From Dehalococcoidia bacterium (lineage in GTDB: Bacteria > Chloroflexota > Dehalococcoidia > Dehalococcoidales > JAUVZA01): a stretch of 47,159 nucleotides of DNA. Below are positions 33,570 to 43,568 of the stretch, piece after piece. Each line of letters starts with the position of its first letter. Within the stretch, counting starts at the first letter, position 1. A program made the translations under genes and the position numbers. The stretch covers positions 1 through 47,159 of the forward strand of contig JAUVZA010000002.1 of NCBI GenBank assembly GCA_030602805.1. The letters run 5' to 3'. The notes beneath the pieces were generated by a model that was not told the origin of the DNA, did no database searches, and worked only from the letters and a program-made list of their open reading frames with translations.

Positions 33570-33608
33570 AAAGGGGAAGGGGCTGGCTACGCCAGCCCCT
33601 TCCCCTTT
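33570..33608. repeat. perfect 18-bp G-rich hairpin (family 1-like single unit)
   Basis: AAAGGGGAAGGGGCTGGC tac GCCAGCCCCTTCCCCTTT. Confidence 0.8.
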
Positions 33609-33750
33609 GTTCCTGTCCTCATTTATCTTAGGGTGTCCCGTATAACTCTTGAGCGCCAGCTATATCGCCAATCTCCAGAGAGCACTTCTTGGTTTCGCCT
33701 TTGCTTAAGTAGCCATACTTAGTTTACCCGATGACGGCTGGGATGTAAAT

Positions 33751-34560
33751 ATGCTAGAGGAAACTTGTTGGAAGGCAGGAAAAGAAGCTGCTCAGGGACT
33801 CTTCCTATCAGCCCTGGAGCAACGAGACCAAGGGGTGGCGGCTTTAGCTGAGGGGGATAGTAAAGGCAGTTATCCCCTGGATAGAGCCACGGGGCTGTCT
33901 GGAGTTGGGTGCAGAAGAGCAGGAAGCTGTGTTTGAGGATAGCGAGGTGTTTGAAGGCGAGGGCGAGGAGAAAGAGATTGTAGTCACCGAGATGGATGCC
34001 ACCGAGATGGATGCCACCATACTCCACTCTCAGGAAAAGGGGCAGAAGAAGCTTACCGTAAAGGTGGGTGTTATGTACTCCGGTAAGGAGCTGGAAAGCG
34101 AGACCGCCAAATACAAACGGTATCGGCTTAGGGAGAAGACCCTCTATGGCGGGATTGAGGACCCCGAGGAATTCGGTGAGAAGCTCTACTTCAAGGGCGA
34201 GGAGAAGCTTTCCCTATTCAAAGCTAGAAACCTGCTAGTGCTTGGGGATGGCGACCCCTGGATAAAGAACATAGCTGAGGGTTCCTACTTTATGGCTACC
34301 TACCCGCCTAAGGCGGGCGGCTCCTGATGGTCAAAATTCACCAGACCTTCAGCGACCAACCAAAGCTGGTATCGGAGTTGATAGATTACCTCTACAGCGG
34401 CCAAGATGAAAAGATGCTGACCACAGTAAAGCTAGCTCGTCTGTTATGTGAGGATAAGGATAAGAGGCAAAAGATTGCTGACCTGGTCACTGACTTTTCC
34501 TGTATCGGGATTAAAAACCACTTTACGAAAGTCAGTGTAACTGATGGCAAGATCCGCTAA
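33751..34560 (+). mobile_element. decayed ISLre2/UPF0236-like transposase (three frame-shifted pieces, 3' truncated)
   Basis: ORFs 33751..33936, 33905..34327 and 34327..34560 in different frames. DATILHSQEKGQKK..VKVGVMYSG...LVLGDGDPWI resembles UPF0236 transposases. A 15-bp tandem duplication (ACCGAGATGGATGCC x2) sits at about 33986-34017. Confidence 0.55.
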
Positions 34561-34743
34561 TAAGTCGCCAATTGTAGTCTCTTCTCCTACCTCCTTCTTA
34601 CTCTCCAATAATACCTCGGTTGTTTATCATAGGCAGGTTAATAGTATCACCGCCATTTTAGTTAGCCTAAGCCACCCTGTCAATGGAGTAGACAGCAATA
34701 CCGGGCAACAATCAGCCAGATTGTCATCCTTTCAGCACTAGGC

Positions 34744-35262
34744 TCAACCCAATGCTTGGAGGAACTCCTGTGAAGTAACTACGCTCGCCTGTCTTGGGAA
34801 CACCTTTCCCATAAGCACCTGTTGAACCTCATCATCTTGGTCGGCACAACAGTCAGAGAGCACTATTAATTGGTAATCTATGTCAGCAGCCCACCGTACA
34901 GTTGAGAGCACACAACCGCTTGTCGAAATTCCCATCAGAACCAACGTCTCGATTCCTTGTTTTCTAAGTATTTCATCCAAATTTGTAGTTGAGAATGGCC
35001 CAACACGACTCTTAGTAACCACTATCTCTCCAGATTGAGGAGTTACCGCAGGATGGATTTCGGTCTTCGGTGTCCTCTCTCCACGGCGTACTTCCACGTA
35101 TATGACGGGAACACCCTTGCGGCGAGCTTTTGCCAAAACCGTATTCGCCTTTGCCAAGAGTTCGTCTCGGAAAACATCTAAGAAATAACTCAGTTGCCGG
35201 TTCTGGTAATCCATAATCAGAATTACTGTCTTATTTCGGTCAAATGACAACTGCTCAGTCAT
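34744..35262 (-). CDS. isochorismatase-family cysteine hydrolase
   Basis: VILIMDYQN, VKxR...K and GISTSGCVLST (catalytic Cys). Confidence 0.85.
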   Translation of the reverse strand: MTEQLSFDRNKTVILIMDYQNRQLSYFLDVFRDELLAKANTVLAKARRKGVPVIYVEVRRGERTPKTEIHPAVTPQSGEIVVTKSRVGPFSTTNLDEILRKQGIETLVLMGISTSGCVLSTVRWAADIDYQLIVLSDCCADQDDEVQQVLMGKVFPRQASVVTSQEFLQALG

Positions 35263-35325
35263 GTCTTCAGACCTCCTTATATATCATAATGACTGTGGCA
35301 CCTGCACCTTGCTGCTCTTTATACT

Positions 35326-36303
35326 CTATAAGGAGTGATTTATTCCCAGTAGCTTGCACAACTGGGCAGGTGTATATTTACCAGGTGGCTCACGGTTAGC
35401 TGCCATCTCCTGAGAGATACGCAGCAGCATTTCATTGATTGGTGCCTGTCTCCCTAGTTTCTTGGCTAATCGTACTACCTCCCCGTTGAGAAACTCAGTC
35501 TCGACAGCACCTTGATTACGGGCTAGGCTCTGCCATGTCGAACCTTGTGCCTCAGTATCAAGCTTACCACGTAGTGGTGCAGTGATCTCTGGCCACTCCT
35601 GTGCCAGCTCTTCTGCTGATACCCAGCGAATGCCCGCCTGAGTCAAAATATTTCGGAACTCTTGTTGTGCAGCGCGGGTAATCGAATCGATGTCGTCTCC
35701 CCTGGCATTGGTAATAGCACCAATGGCGTTAGCCAAATTACCCATTAATTTGCCCCATTTGTAGGGCATGACATCTGGAGTTGTCTTCACTAAGAATCTG
35801 GCCGTGCGTAGCTGCGTTGCCACTAGCTCAGCCAGTTCATCAGTTCCCTCAGGGTAACACCCAATGACGAAGCAACCTGGTGGGTCGCGGCGAGCGATCA
35901 CCTCACCGTCAGTAAGGTAGACCGCGCCTACTCGTACCATTACACCATACACTTTTGAAAAGTATTGAGCTGCAATCTCCTCATTCCGTACCCCGTTCTG
36001 AAAGCAAAAGATAGGAATATCCTCAGTTATCGCCCGCAGATCACGGAGAGCTCCTTCGGTGTCCTGTCCTTTCATGCAAAGGAAAACTACATCATCCGCC
36101 TTATAGTCAATCTGGTCAGGTTCAGTGACAGCTGGTATCCGTAAACTGTAGGTGCTGTTAGGCGTAACAAGGTGGAGACCACGCTTTTTAATGGCGTTTA
36201 CATGACCGGGGCGACTGATTAAGAGTACATTATGTCCAGTCCGTGATAAATGGCCTCCCACCACACATCCAATTCCCCCCGCTCCATAGATGATCAGACG
36301 CAT
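35326..36303 (-). CDS. 2-dehydropantoate 2-reductase (PanE/ApbA) family oxidoreductase
   Basis: MRLIIYGAGGIGCVVGGHL Rossmann N-terminus and a KWGKLMGN-type C-domain. Confidence 0.8.
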   Translation of the reverse strand: MRLIIYGAGGIGCVVGGHLSRTGHNVLLISRPGHVNAIKKRGLHLVTPNSTYSLRIPAVTEPDQIDYKADDVVFLCMKGQDTEGALRDLRAITEDIPIFCFQNGVRNEEIAAQYFSKVYGVMVRVGAVYLTDGEVIARRDPPGCFVIGCYPEGTDELAELVATQLRTARFLVKTTPDVMPYKWGKLMGNLANAIGAITNARGDDIDSITRAAQQEFRNILTQAGIRWVSAEELAQEWPEITAPLRGKLDTEAQGSTWQSLARNQGAVETEFLNGEVVRLAKKLGRQAPINEMLLRISQEMAANREPPGKYTPAQLCKLLGINHSL

Positions 36304-36438
36304 GACTTTCTCCTATTCTGGGAGTACGTATTTGCACAAATTATCATAATTATACAATAAGGTCACAAATCGTCAGAATATTCAATAAAGGAACGATTTT
36401 AGACACGCAGAAGCGCCCTGATCCCGGCCCTGCCCCAC

Positions 36439-36497
36439 GAGCCCCACGCCGCGAAACGGGGCCTGCCGGGACTCAAATGAGTGCCATACGCCTAAGC
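36439..36497 (+). repeat. repeat family 2, partial copy 2
   Basis: AGCCCCACGCCGCGAAACGGGGCCTGCC...GAGTGCCATACGCCTAAGCGA. Confidence 0.65.
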
Positions 36498-36550
36498 GAT
36501 TGGACAGCCGACTCGAGTTCTTCGTTGCCCCTGCCGTTCAGTCTACCTGC

Positions 36551-36579
36551 TTGCATCTCCTGCCTGCATGTAATATTAT
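36551..36579 (+). promoter_or_regulatory. promoter TTGCAT-N17-TATTAT upstream of ICMT cassette copy 2
   Basis: TTGCAT at 36551-36556 and TATTAT at 36574-36579. The -10 element and the following ~35 nt are conserved with 16814-16860 and 17813-17860. Confidence 0.5.
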
Positions 36580-36631
36580 GGCGTGAAGGGGGGTTGTAAG
36601 CGGTTGAACCCAGGGCAAGGAGGAACATATC

Positions 36632-37201
36632 GTGTCGGCTATACCAGCATTTGAGATTGGTGTCTGGAACGTCTGGATTTTCGTGATTTGGCTACTAATA
36701 CCTTTTTTCTTGGGACCTTTAGGTATAATTCCTAAGGGTCGAGAGGAGGGGAGCGATTTTACCGCTGAGTTCAATAAGATGCAGAAGATTGCAATCCTTT
36801 CTCTCCATGTGATCTTTCCCCTCCTGATTATATATTCCATTTTCGTACCGTTAAGATTGGGTACAGTGTGGTTTTATGCAGGCCTTCCTATTTATTTATT
36901 AGGTTTAACCACGTATATAATGGTTTTTGTGGGTTTTGCCACTACGCCACCTGACGAGCTCGTTACCAAGGGAATATATCGCTATTCAAGAAATCCAATG
37001 CAACTCTCCATATTTATACTCCTCGTAGGGGTGGGCATAGCTACATCTTCCTGGGTTTTCTTGTTGCTTTCCGCAGCATATATGACTATACCGCTCCTTT
37101 GGTTAAATGCCGAAGAACAACACTGCCTCAAATTCTACGGCGATGCCTATCGTGAATACACGAATAAAACGCCAAGGTGGATAGGGATACCAAAATCTTA
37201 A
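36632..37201 (+). CDS. ICMT/PEMT-family membrane methyltransferase, copy 2
   Basis: Paralogue of 16877..17455 (MSAIPAFEIGVWNVW..., YRYSRNPM, AEEQHCLKFYGDAYREYTNKTPRW). GTG start after AAGGAGG. Confidence 0.8.
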   Translation: MSAIPAFEIGVWNVWIFVIWLLIPFFLGPLGIIPKGREEGSDFTAEFNKMQKIAILSLHVIFPLLIIYSIFVPLRLGTVWFYAGLPIYLLGLTTYIMVFVGFATTPPDELVTKGIYRYSRNPMQLSIFILLVGVGIATSSWVFLLLSAAYMTIPLLWLNAEEQHCLKFYGDAYREYTNKTPRWIGIPKS

Positions 37202-37225
37202 ATTCAAAGGAAGGAGGTATATATT

Positions 37226-37507
37226 ATGGCGAGCTGTCTTAATCCTAAGTCCCCCATTTGTCTTGACCCAAAATCCATAATCGATGCGGGTGGCTATCAT
37301 CTATTGGGGTCTAGAATTTTTTCCGTTCTGGGTCTTATATTCGCTATATTAGGGGTTATTAGTGATGCCATGAACGCGACTCTAGGCTTGGAACCAATAT
37401 CTTGGTTCCTGCTGGCAATTGGTGTTTCTGTAGTCAGCATAGCACCTTGTGTTGGCTGGGCGGTGGCTGTATATCTCAGGTCTATAGAGGCTAAGAAGGA
37501 GCAATAG
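37226..37507 (+). CDS. small 2-TM membrane protein, copy 2
   Basis: About 85 percent aa identity to 17481..17762 (MASCLNPKSPICLDPKSIIDAGGYHL...). Confidence 0.65.
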   Translation: MASCLNPKSPICLDPKSIIDAGGYHLLGSRIFSVLGLIFAILGVISDAMNATLGLEPISWFLLAIGVSVVSIAPCVGWAVAVYLRSIEAKKEQ

Positions 37508-37733
37508 AATCTAGGTGAAGTAGTAGCTACCTGAATTGCCTTATAAAACTTCTTACTATCCTCAAACCTCACCGACCTTGTGTATCGCTCTACTTGGCCA
37601 GTGATTCCCACCCACCCAGGTCTTTGATGTATGGTTGTGCTAAGTATTATTTTAATAGATTTAAACGAAGTATTGACAGTAGGCCCTATTGGGATTAGTA
37701 TAACCAATAAATTAGATTATAGAGGTGATTAAC

Positions 37734-37985
37734 ATGGCAGAAATTCCAGACGACGTGAAGCGACATCTATTCGAGAGAAACCCAATGTTATGTTTGTGGA
37801 TGAACGGCATCTTAACCTACTTGGGCGTTGCGTTTATGGTGATTGGCATTGTTAGCGATGCCATGAATAAGGTGCTAGGTTTGGAGCCCACTAATTGGTT
37901 CATCATGGCGGTCGGATTTTGGATGCTAGGCATCTTTGCATGGTTCAGGGGATACTACTCAGCAAAGGAAAAGCTAGATTGGTGA
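37734..37985 (+). CDS. small 2-TM membrane protein, distant third paralogue
   Basis: AGAGGTGA RBS before ATG 37734. It shares GIVSDAMNKVLGLEPTNWFIMAVG with the other two (GIISDAANATLGLEPISWFLLAIG) but lacks the Cys-containing N-terminus. Confidence 0.55.
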   Translation: MAEIPDDVKRHLFERNPMLCLWMNGILTYLGVAFMVIGIVSDAMNKVLGLEPTNWFIMAVGFWMLGIFAWFRGYYSAKEKLDW

Positions 37986-38091
37986 GCCATAAACCAAGAT
38001 TCTAAGGCTGTTAGATTCTCACTTGACACTGCTGGCTCCTCACAATGAATTATACCATCAGGTAAGGTATAAAGTAATACCCTATGTCCAT

Positions 38092-38201
38092 AAGCCCCAC
38101 GCCGCGAAACGGGTCACACTAGGGCTCAGACGAGTGCCATACGCCTCACGACCCAGCCTTTGCGCACTTCCCTATTGGGCGGGGCGCCACGTTGAGAATC
38201 T
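38092..38201 (+). repeat. repeat family 2, copy 3
   Basis: AAGCCCCACGCCGCGAAACGGG...GAGTGCCATACGCCTCACGACCCAGCCTT...GGGCGGGGCGCCACGTTGAGAATCT. Confidence 0.75.
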
Positions 38202-38582
38202 TGACTTATACCAAGAGGAAATTATTATTTACCCTACCTGCTCAATTAAAGTAGGACCTCGTGACATCACCTTATTTTGGGGTTGGATCAAGGAGCATAC
38301 CTTGGGCTATCTTTTGTCCGTAACTGCAATTCTCAGAGAGGGGACAAGCTAAACATCTTGGCTTCCTACAGAAACTATAAGAATAGAGGTTGCTGATCTT
38401 AACTCACCTTGGCCTTACGAATTAATAAATACAGAAGAGGGTATTTCAGTAAGAGCTAGAAGGGTGAGTTAAACTGTAAAGCATCAATGCCCAAAAAGAT
38501 AAGCCTGATTGACCTGCCACTAAATCAGAAATAATACGATGTTCTATTCAAAAAGGAGGCCTATTGCCTCCCTTTACTACCT

Positions 38583-38657
38583 TGGTAGCGGGGGCTGGAT
38601 TCGAACCAGCGACCTTTGGGTTATGAGCCCAACGAGCTTCCACTGCTCTACCCCGCG
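38583..38657 (-). tRNA. initiator tRNA-Met (CAT)
   Basis: The minus strand reads CGCGGGGTAGAGCAGTGGAAGCTCGTTGGGCTCATAACCCAAAGGTCGCTGGTTCGAATCCAGCCCCCGCTACCA. It has a C1 x U72 mismatch, three G-C pairs closing the anticodon stem, and an encoded CCA. Confidence 0.9.
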
Positions 38658-38714
38658 CTATTGCATTTTAGTATAACCACTGGCAGGATAAAGTGTCAAG
38701 AGTGTGTACTCGCT

Positions 38715-40055
38715 TCAACCTTCTTCCCCTTTTTCCTTCCCCTGCCGCCAGGCTTTGAGCCGAGCTATAACCTGTTTCTCGTATCCCTGGTCAGTCGGAG
38801 TGTAGTAGCGTTTGCCCTGAAGGGAGGCAGGAAGGTTTTGTTGTTCAACGAAGTGCCCGGGGTAGTCATGAGCATATTTATATCCTTTGCCATAGCCTAT
38901 GTCTTTCATTAGCTGTGTCACCGGATTGCGCAAATGTAGAGGCACTGACTCGCTGGAGCCGTATTTAATCTCCTTCTGAACCCGGGAGTATGCCTGATAC
39001 AAGGAGTTGCTCTTAGGGGCTGTAGCCAGGTAGACGGCTGCCTCAGCCAGAGCCAGGTTGCCCTCAGGCATGCCGATGAAGTGAACCGCCTGCTGAGCTG
39101 CCATAGCTACTACCAGTGCCTGAGGGTCAGCCATACCGACATCCTCTGAGGCGAAGCGAACTAAACGGCGGGCAATGTAAAGCGGGTCTTCTCCTGCCTC
39201 TAGCATCCTTACCAGCCAGTAGAGGGAGGCATCCGGGTCTGAGCCTCGCAGCGATTTGTGAAGGGCTGAGATGATGTCATAGTGTTGCTCTCCCGCTTTG
39301 TCATAACGCAAAGCCCGGTGCTGGACAGCATCTTCAATAGTGGGCAGTGAGATATGGCGCTTTCCATCCGCATCAGGAGAGGTAGCCAAGGTTGCCATCT
39401 CCAGGGCGTTGAGGGCAATTCGGGCATCTTTATTTGACATAGTGATAAGATGGAGCATGGCATCATTATCCAGCTCCACATTCAATGCGCCCAGACCCTC
39501 CAGTCTATCTCTTAATGCTCTGATGATAATAATGCGAATCTCCTCCTCGGTAAGGGGATTCAGGGTTAAAACCTGGCACCGGGAGAGGAGAGGAGAGATA
39601 ACCTCAAAGGAAGGATTTTCCGTAGTAGCGCCAATGAGGGTAATCGTGCCATCCTCAACGAAGGGTAGAACTGCATCCTGCTGAGCTTTATTAAAGCGAT
39701 GAATCTCGTCTATGAACAGGATGGTTTTCTGCTGGTAGAGTTTACGGCGTTCCCTAGCCTCTTCAATTATCCGCCGAAGGTCAGCCACGCCAGCGCTGAC
39801 AGCACTCACCGGGCTGAAGTGTGAATCAGTGGCATTGGCGATAATATAAGCCAATGTAGTTTTACCACTGCCGGGTGGACCCCACAGGATGATTGACGGC
39901 AGTTGCCCAGCTTCAATAACCTTCCTCAGCACACGTCCCCCGCTTATCAGGTGCTCCTGCCCGACAAAGTCATTGAAGGTGGCCGGTCTCATCCGGGCTG
40001 CCAGCGGCGCCTCCTCTTTTATCTGTTCCTCAAGTTTATGCTCAAACATATCCAT
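38715..40055 (-). CDS. rarA: replication-associated recombination protein A (AAA+ ATPase RarA/MgsA)
   Basis: GPPGSGKTTLA, FIDEIHRFNKAQQDAVLP and the MgsA C-terminal domain (HYDIISALHKSLRGSDPDASLYW). Confidence 0.95.
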   Translation of the reverse strand: MDMFEHKLEEQIKEEAPLAARMRPATFNDFVGQEHLISGGRVLRKVIEAGQLPSIILWGPPGSGKTTLAYIIANATDSHFSPVSAVSAGVADLRRIIEEARERRKLYQQKTILFIDEIHRFNKAQQDAVLPFVEDGTITLIGATTENPSFEVISPLLSRCQVLTLNPLTEEEIRIIIIRALRDRLEGLGALNVELDNDAMLHLITMSNKDARIALNALEMATLATSPDADGKRHISLPTIEDAVQHRALRYDKAGEQHYDIISALHKSLRGSDPDASLYWLVRMLEAGEDPLYIARRLVRFASEDVGMADPQALVVAMAAQQAVHFIGMPEGNLALAEAAVYLATAPKSNSLYQAYSRVQKEIKYGSSESVPLHLRNPVTQLMKDIGYGKGYKYAHDYPGHFVEQQNLPASLQGKRYYTPTDQGYEKQVIARLKAWRQGKEKGEEG

Positions 40056-40172
40056 AATGCACCTGCTTCAAGGTTAGATTAAGCTCTTTTATTATAGTTT
40101 ATTAACCTCACATTTTAAATTATTTCAAGGGGAAAACTGTGAAGTAGAAAACCCTCAAAGTGAGGCGACCGT

Positions 40173-40853
40173 TTATATCTTTTCTCTGTATTTTTTAACC
40201 AAATCCGGGGCATATGGTGCTCTTCTCCCACTGCACACTTCCCGCGGGCATAACTGGCAGCTTTTAAACTCAATCTGAGTCGGGAAAAATATTCCAGACA
40301 CAGATTTTAGCGGTATCATTAAGAAACTCTCGGTTAGCTTCACTCCAATTAAATCTTCAACTTTACCAAAGATGGAAAACAGCTCTTTTTGCTGCGTTAT
40401 TGGCCAATCCTTCAAAGCCCCCGGATTCATTCTTGATACCTGCCCAAGTGCATAATTTCTTGTCAAGCAATCTTGAAGATAGCTGATAGATGACCGTAAG
40501 ACCATGTCCTTAATCACATCCAGAAGATAAGATTTCATAAAATCATCGGGGATAGCTATTTCATCTATTTCTCTGCCACACGTCGCAACGTAAGGGAAAA
40601 CTCTTCCCACTTTATCCAGATTAACTCTGAGAACACGGCTGGTAAACCTTATACCATCAATATATAGTGAGTCTTCATTTTTATTATCAACATAGGAAAC
40701 TTCGTAGACAGCTTTAGGTCTTACTACGAGATGAACCGCCTCAATTAACTCTTGAACCTTTCTTTCCACATCTTCGTTTACTTTGCGCAGGTGCAACTTT
40801 CTTAATACTTCTTCTGGTTCCAACCTAACTGGAATGCTATTTAATACTTCCAT
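40173..40853 (-). CDS. methionine-synthase activation-domain-like protein (Met_synt_B12-like, standalone)
   Basis: RMNPGALKDWPITQQKELFSIFG...IGVKLTESFLMIPLKSVSGIFF matches the SPGYGDW...Q...PxKS pattern of this domain. C-terminal CQLCPREVC. Confidence 0.55.
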   Translation of the reverse strand: MEVLNSIPVRLEPEEVLRKLHLRKVNEDVERKVQELIEAVHLVVRPKAVYEVSYVDNKNEDSLYIDGIRFTSRVLRVNLDKVGRVFPYVATCGREIDEIAIPDDFMKSYLLDVIKDMVLRSSISYLQDCLTRNYALGQVSRMNPGALKDWPITQQKELFSIFGKVEDLIGVKLTESFLMIPLKSVSGIFFPTQIEFKSCQLCPREVCSGRRAPYAPDLVKKYREKI

Positions 40854-40887
40854 TAATGACCCCTTTTAATTATTTACTTTCCCATGC

Positions 40888-41051
40888 CGGCAGTTGCCCA
40901 GCTTCAATAACCTTCCGCAGCACACGTCCCCCCGCTTATCAGGTGCTCCTGCCCGACAAAGTCATTAAAGGTAGCCGGTCTCATCCGGGCTGCCAGTGGC
41001 ACCTCCCCTTTTATCTGCTCCCTAGATTTATGCTCAAACATATCCATAATG
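40888..41051 (-). pseudogene. duplicated 5' fragment of rarA (first ~55 codons, frameshifted)
   Basis: About 163 nt with roughly 90 percent identity to 39897-40059, including the start codon. There is a 1-nt insertion (C6 versus C5) at about 40927. Confidence 0.85.
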
Positions 41052-41057
41052 TACCTT

Positions 41058-41150
41058 CTTTATTATCTACCTCATCCCCTGTGTCCCCCTCTCCTTCAAA
41101 GGAGAGGGGGAGGTTATGGGAGAGGGGCTTTGCCCCTCTTAAACTCCCCT
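41058..41150 (-). repeat. G-rich hairpin-cluster repeat (family 1), copy D, inverted orientation
   Basis: The reverse complement gives AAGAGGGGCaaaGCCCCTCT, CCCCCTCTCCTTtgaAGGAGAGGGGG and the tail ACACAGGGGATGAGGTAGATAATAA. Confidence 0.7.
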
Positions 41151-41177
41151 TTAAGGATACAAGCGAGAGAAATTAGG

Positions 41178-41624
41178 TTATTCCTTAAATAATACTCCTC
41201 CTAAAGCTTGATGTAGTGTAGATAAGTATTCTTCAACCCCGCCTTCCTTACTCTTAAATTCAGCATATAATCTTTTAAAGACAATTTCGCTTTTAATATT
41301 TCTTGGGTTAATTACCTTTCCCGCTTTTTTCTCTTTGTCTAAGGCTTCAAAGAATTCTTGATTATAATGGGCGAAATAATTTCTAATAGTATTCAACCTG
41401 TTTAAATCCTGCAGTTTTTGGCTGTCAATATCCTTAAATATCTTTTCTAAGATTCTTCTTTTTAAACCAAAACTAAAATATTCGTCATACAATACTTCAA
41501 AGTAAAAGTCCATTGTTACCTTCTTGAAATAGCGCTGACAGATTATCGCATTTATTAAGGTCTCAATATTAATAAAGCTTTCTATTACATCTGCCCGATA
41601 TTTTGATATCTTATCTTTATCCAT
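41178..41624 (-). CDS. small HEPN-like protein (Rx4H motif), unknown family
   Basis: 148 aa, all-helical character. It has LNTIRNYFAHY (R-x4-H) in the C-terminal half. AT-rich relative to its neighbours. Confidence 0.45.
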   Translation of the reverse strand: MDKDKISKYRADVIESFINIETLINAIICQRYFKKVTMDFYFEVLYDEYFSFGLKRRILEKIFKDIDSQKLQDLNRLNTIRNYFAHYNQEFFEALDKEKKAGKVINPRNIKSEIVFKRLYAEFKSKEGGVEEYLSTLHQALGGVLFKE

Positions 41625-41668
41625 ATGCTCTCCTCACCTCAAAGCGGTAGAGCTTTATCGACTCATAA

Positions 41669-42253
41669 CTAACCTATGATGATGTCATCCAGGGGTCGCT
41701 TGGGCACATGGTGCACATCATCACTATCACGCCAGTAATTGAAATCTCCGTCAGGCCCGATAGTCTCAAGTACCACCTTCTCTTTAGGCTTACCCAGAGC
41801 CAATACCAAGAGAATCTCATAGCGTGGCAGTATGCCGAGAGCTTTACTGAGCTCATCTCTTTTTACGCTGCCAAGCATACAGCCACCCAAACCCCTTTCT
41901 CTGGCACCGAGAAGAATACTTTGAGCCGCTATGCCGTGGTCACAGCCAAAAGACTGCCTTATCTCTGTATCCCCCAGTATAATGATATAGGCTGACGGCC
42001 GCTCTCCTTCAGACGGACCAGGCCAATCTTTAAGAGCACCAGCCCAGCCAAGGCACTGAAATATCAACGCATTCTTTTGAGGGTTACAGGAAAGGATGTA
42101 TTTCAGTGGTTGCCTGTTGGCAGCAGATGCAGAGAGCCTCGCCAGGTCAACAAGCGCTCTTAGTGTCTCAAGTTCTATGGCAACTTCTTGATAAAATCGC
42201 CGGCAGGACCTGTTCGCAATCACCAAATCTCTTATCATCTGAATCACCTCCAT
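41669..42253 (-). CDS. nitroreductase family protein
   Basis: RSCRRF, SASAANRQP and a typical ~190-aa length. Confidence 0.85.
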   Translation of the reverse strand: MEVIQMIRDLVIANRSCRRFYQEVAIELETLRALVDLARLSASAANRQPLKYILSCNPQKNALIFQCLGWAGALKDWPGPSEGERPSAYIIILGDTEIRQSFGCDHGIAAQSILLGARERGLGGCMLGSVKRDELSKALGILPRYEILLVLALGKPKEKVVLETIGPDGDFNYWRDSDDVHHVPKRPLDDIIIG

Positions 42254-42254
42254 G

Positions 42255-43568
42255 TCATTTATATCTTTTTACCTCAAAGCGGTAGAGCTTTATGGGCTCG
42301 TCGGGGGCTATTCCTGCCTTCTGGCGGCAGATATCAATCTGATGGTCCACGGTATCTACTCCTTCAAGGTCAGGGAGCAGCAAGCCCCGCCTGAACCCTG
42401 CCTCCACTATAACCCCATATTTTTTAGGGTCTAGCTGGCCTTGGCTATCTATAGGCTCAGGAGTAGTTAGAACATCCACGCTATAGCTAAGGTCGTTAAA
42501 CTCACTGGGGGCAATGGGTGAGAAACGGGGGTCTCTGGTGGCTGAACTGATTGCATTGTTGATAATCTCTTCGGCTACATTCTTTTTAGTGGGTTCAAAG
42601 GTGCCGATGCAGCCCCGTAGTCCCCCAAACTTATGAATAGAGACAAAGACCCCGGCCTTCTTCTTCATCTCGGGGGTAAGCTCCTCTGGCTTGGGGGGCT
42701 TACCCTCCTTAACATGGGTCTCGACCGTTTCCTTGGCTAATCTCACCAGAGGGGACATCTCAATTCCCTTTATTATTATCCCGGCATAGCCGACCACGCT
42801 TGAGTAATCGCCGGTGGTATCACCGCTGGTTTGGTATCTAACCAGTTTTGCCCCCGTTGCCCCTAACTCCTTAGCTGCCGAGATAAGGCTGACCACTGGG
42901 GCATAGCCACACATTGATATGTTTAATTCATCAACCCTTTTTAACAGCTCATCCTCATTTAAATCCAGTATGGCTTCTATAGCCTTATTGTCCTTCCTCT
43001 GGGCAGACTCCTGTGGCTCATAGTGGGTCATATCACTTGAGGCTATGATTACCACCTCTTTACTTAAGTCCTTAATGGCTTTGGCAAGCTCCTTGCCGAC
43101 TTCCTTATAGGTGGCACCGCTAGAGTAGGTGAGCATGATGGGCACGAGCCTAATATCCTTTTTGAAATACTGTAAAAATGGGAGTTGAACCTCAATAGAG
43201 TGTTCGTATTGATGCGCCACATAGTCCTCTTCCAAGTGACTGGATGTGGCTAAAATCTGCTTGCCCAGTTCGGAGTCAATCTCTACCTCACCTAAGGGTG
43301 TCTTCCATGCGCCTTGGGTCATGATACTGAGAGGTCTCCCCCTCCCGGTGTGGTTGGGACCTATGATGATAAAGGTATCCTTAAATTTGATTTTGGATAT
43401 AACAGCACCAGCCACCGGTCCCGAGTAGATATAGCCAGCGTGAGGTGAAACTAGACCGATTACCTCCTCCTTCACTGCCTTCTCATCAACCATCCCCTCA
43501 ATCATCGCCTTTAATTGTGAAGGCGACCCTGGGTAAAATTGCCCTGATACCACTGGATTCCTAATCAT
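42255..43568 (-). CDS. AmmeMemoRadiSam system fusion: MEMO1-like (protein B) + AMMECR1 (protein A)
   Basis: N-terminal [10 protein letters not shown]...[10 protein letters not shown] (Memo). C-terminal [21 protein letters not shown] (AMMECR1). The ATG at 43568 overlaps the upstream stop (ATGATTAG). Confidence 0.9.
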   Translation of the reverse strand: MIRNPVVSGQFYPGSPSQLKAMIEGMVDEKAVKEEVIGLVSPHAGYIYSGPVAGAVISKIKFKDTFIIIGPNHTGRGRPLSIMTQGAWKTPLGEVEIDSELGKQILATSSHLEEDYVAHQYEHSIEVQLPFLQYFKKDIRLVPIMLTYSSGATYKEVGKELAKAIKDLSKEVVIIASSDMTHYEPQESAQRKDNKAIEAILDLNEDELLKRVDELNISMCGYAPVVSLISAAKELGATGAKLVRYQTSGDTTGDYSSVVGYAGIIIKGIEMSPLVRLAKETVETHVKEGKPPKPEELTPEMKKKAGVFVSIHKFGGLRGCIGTFEPTKKNVAEEIINNAISSATRDPRFSPIAPSEFNDLSYSVDVLTTPEPIDSQGQLDPKKYGVIVEAGFRRGLLLPDLEGVDTVDHQIDICRQKAGIAPDEPIKLYRFEVKRYK

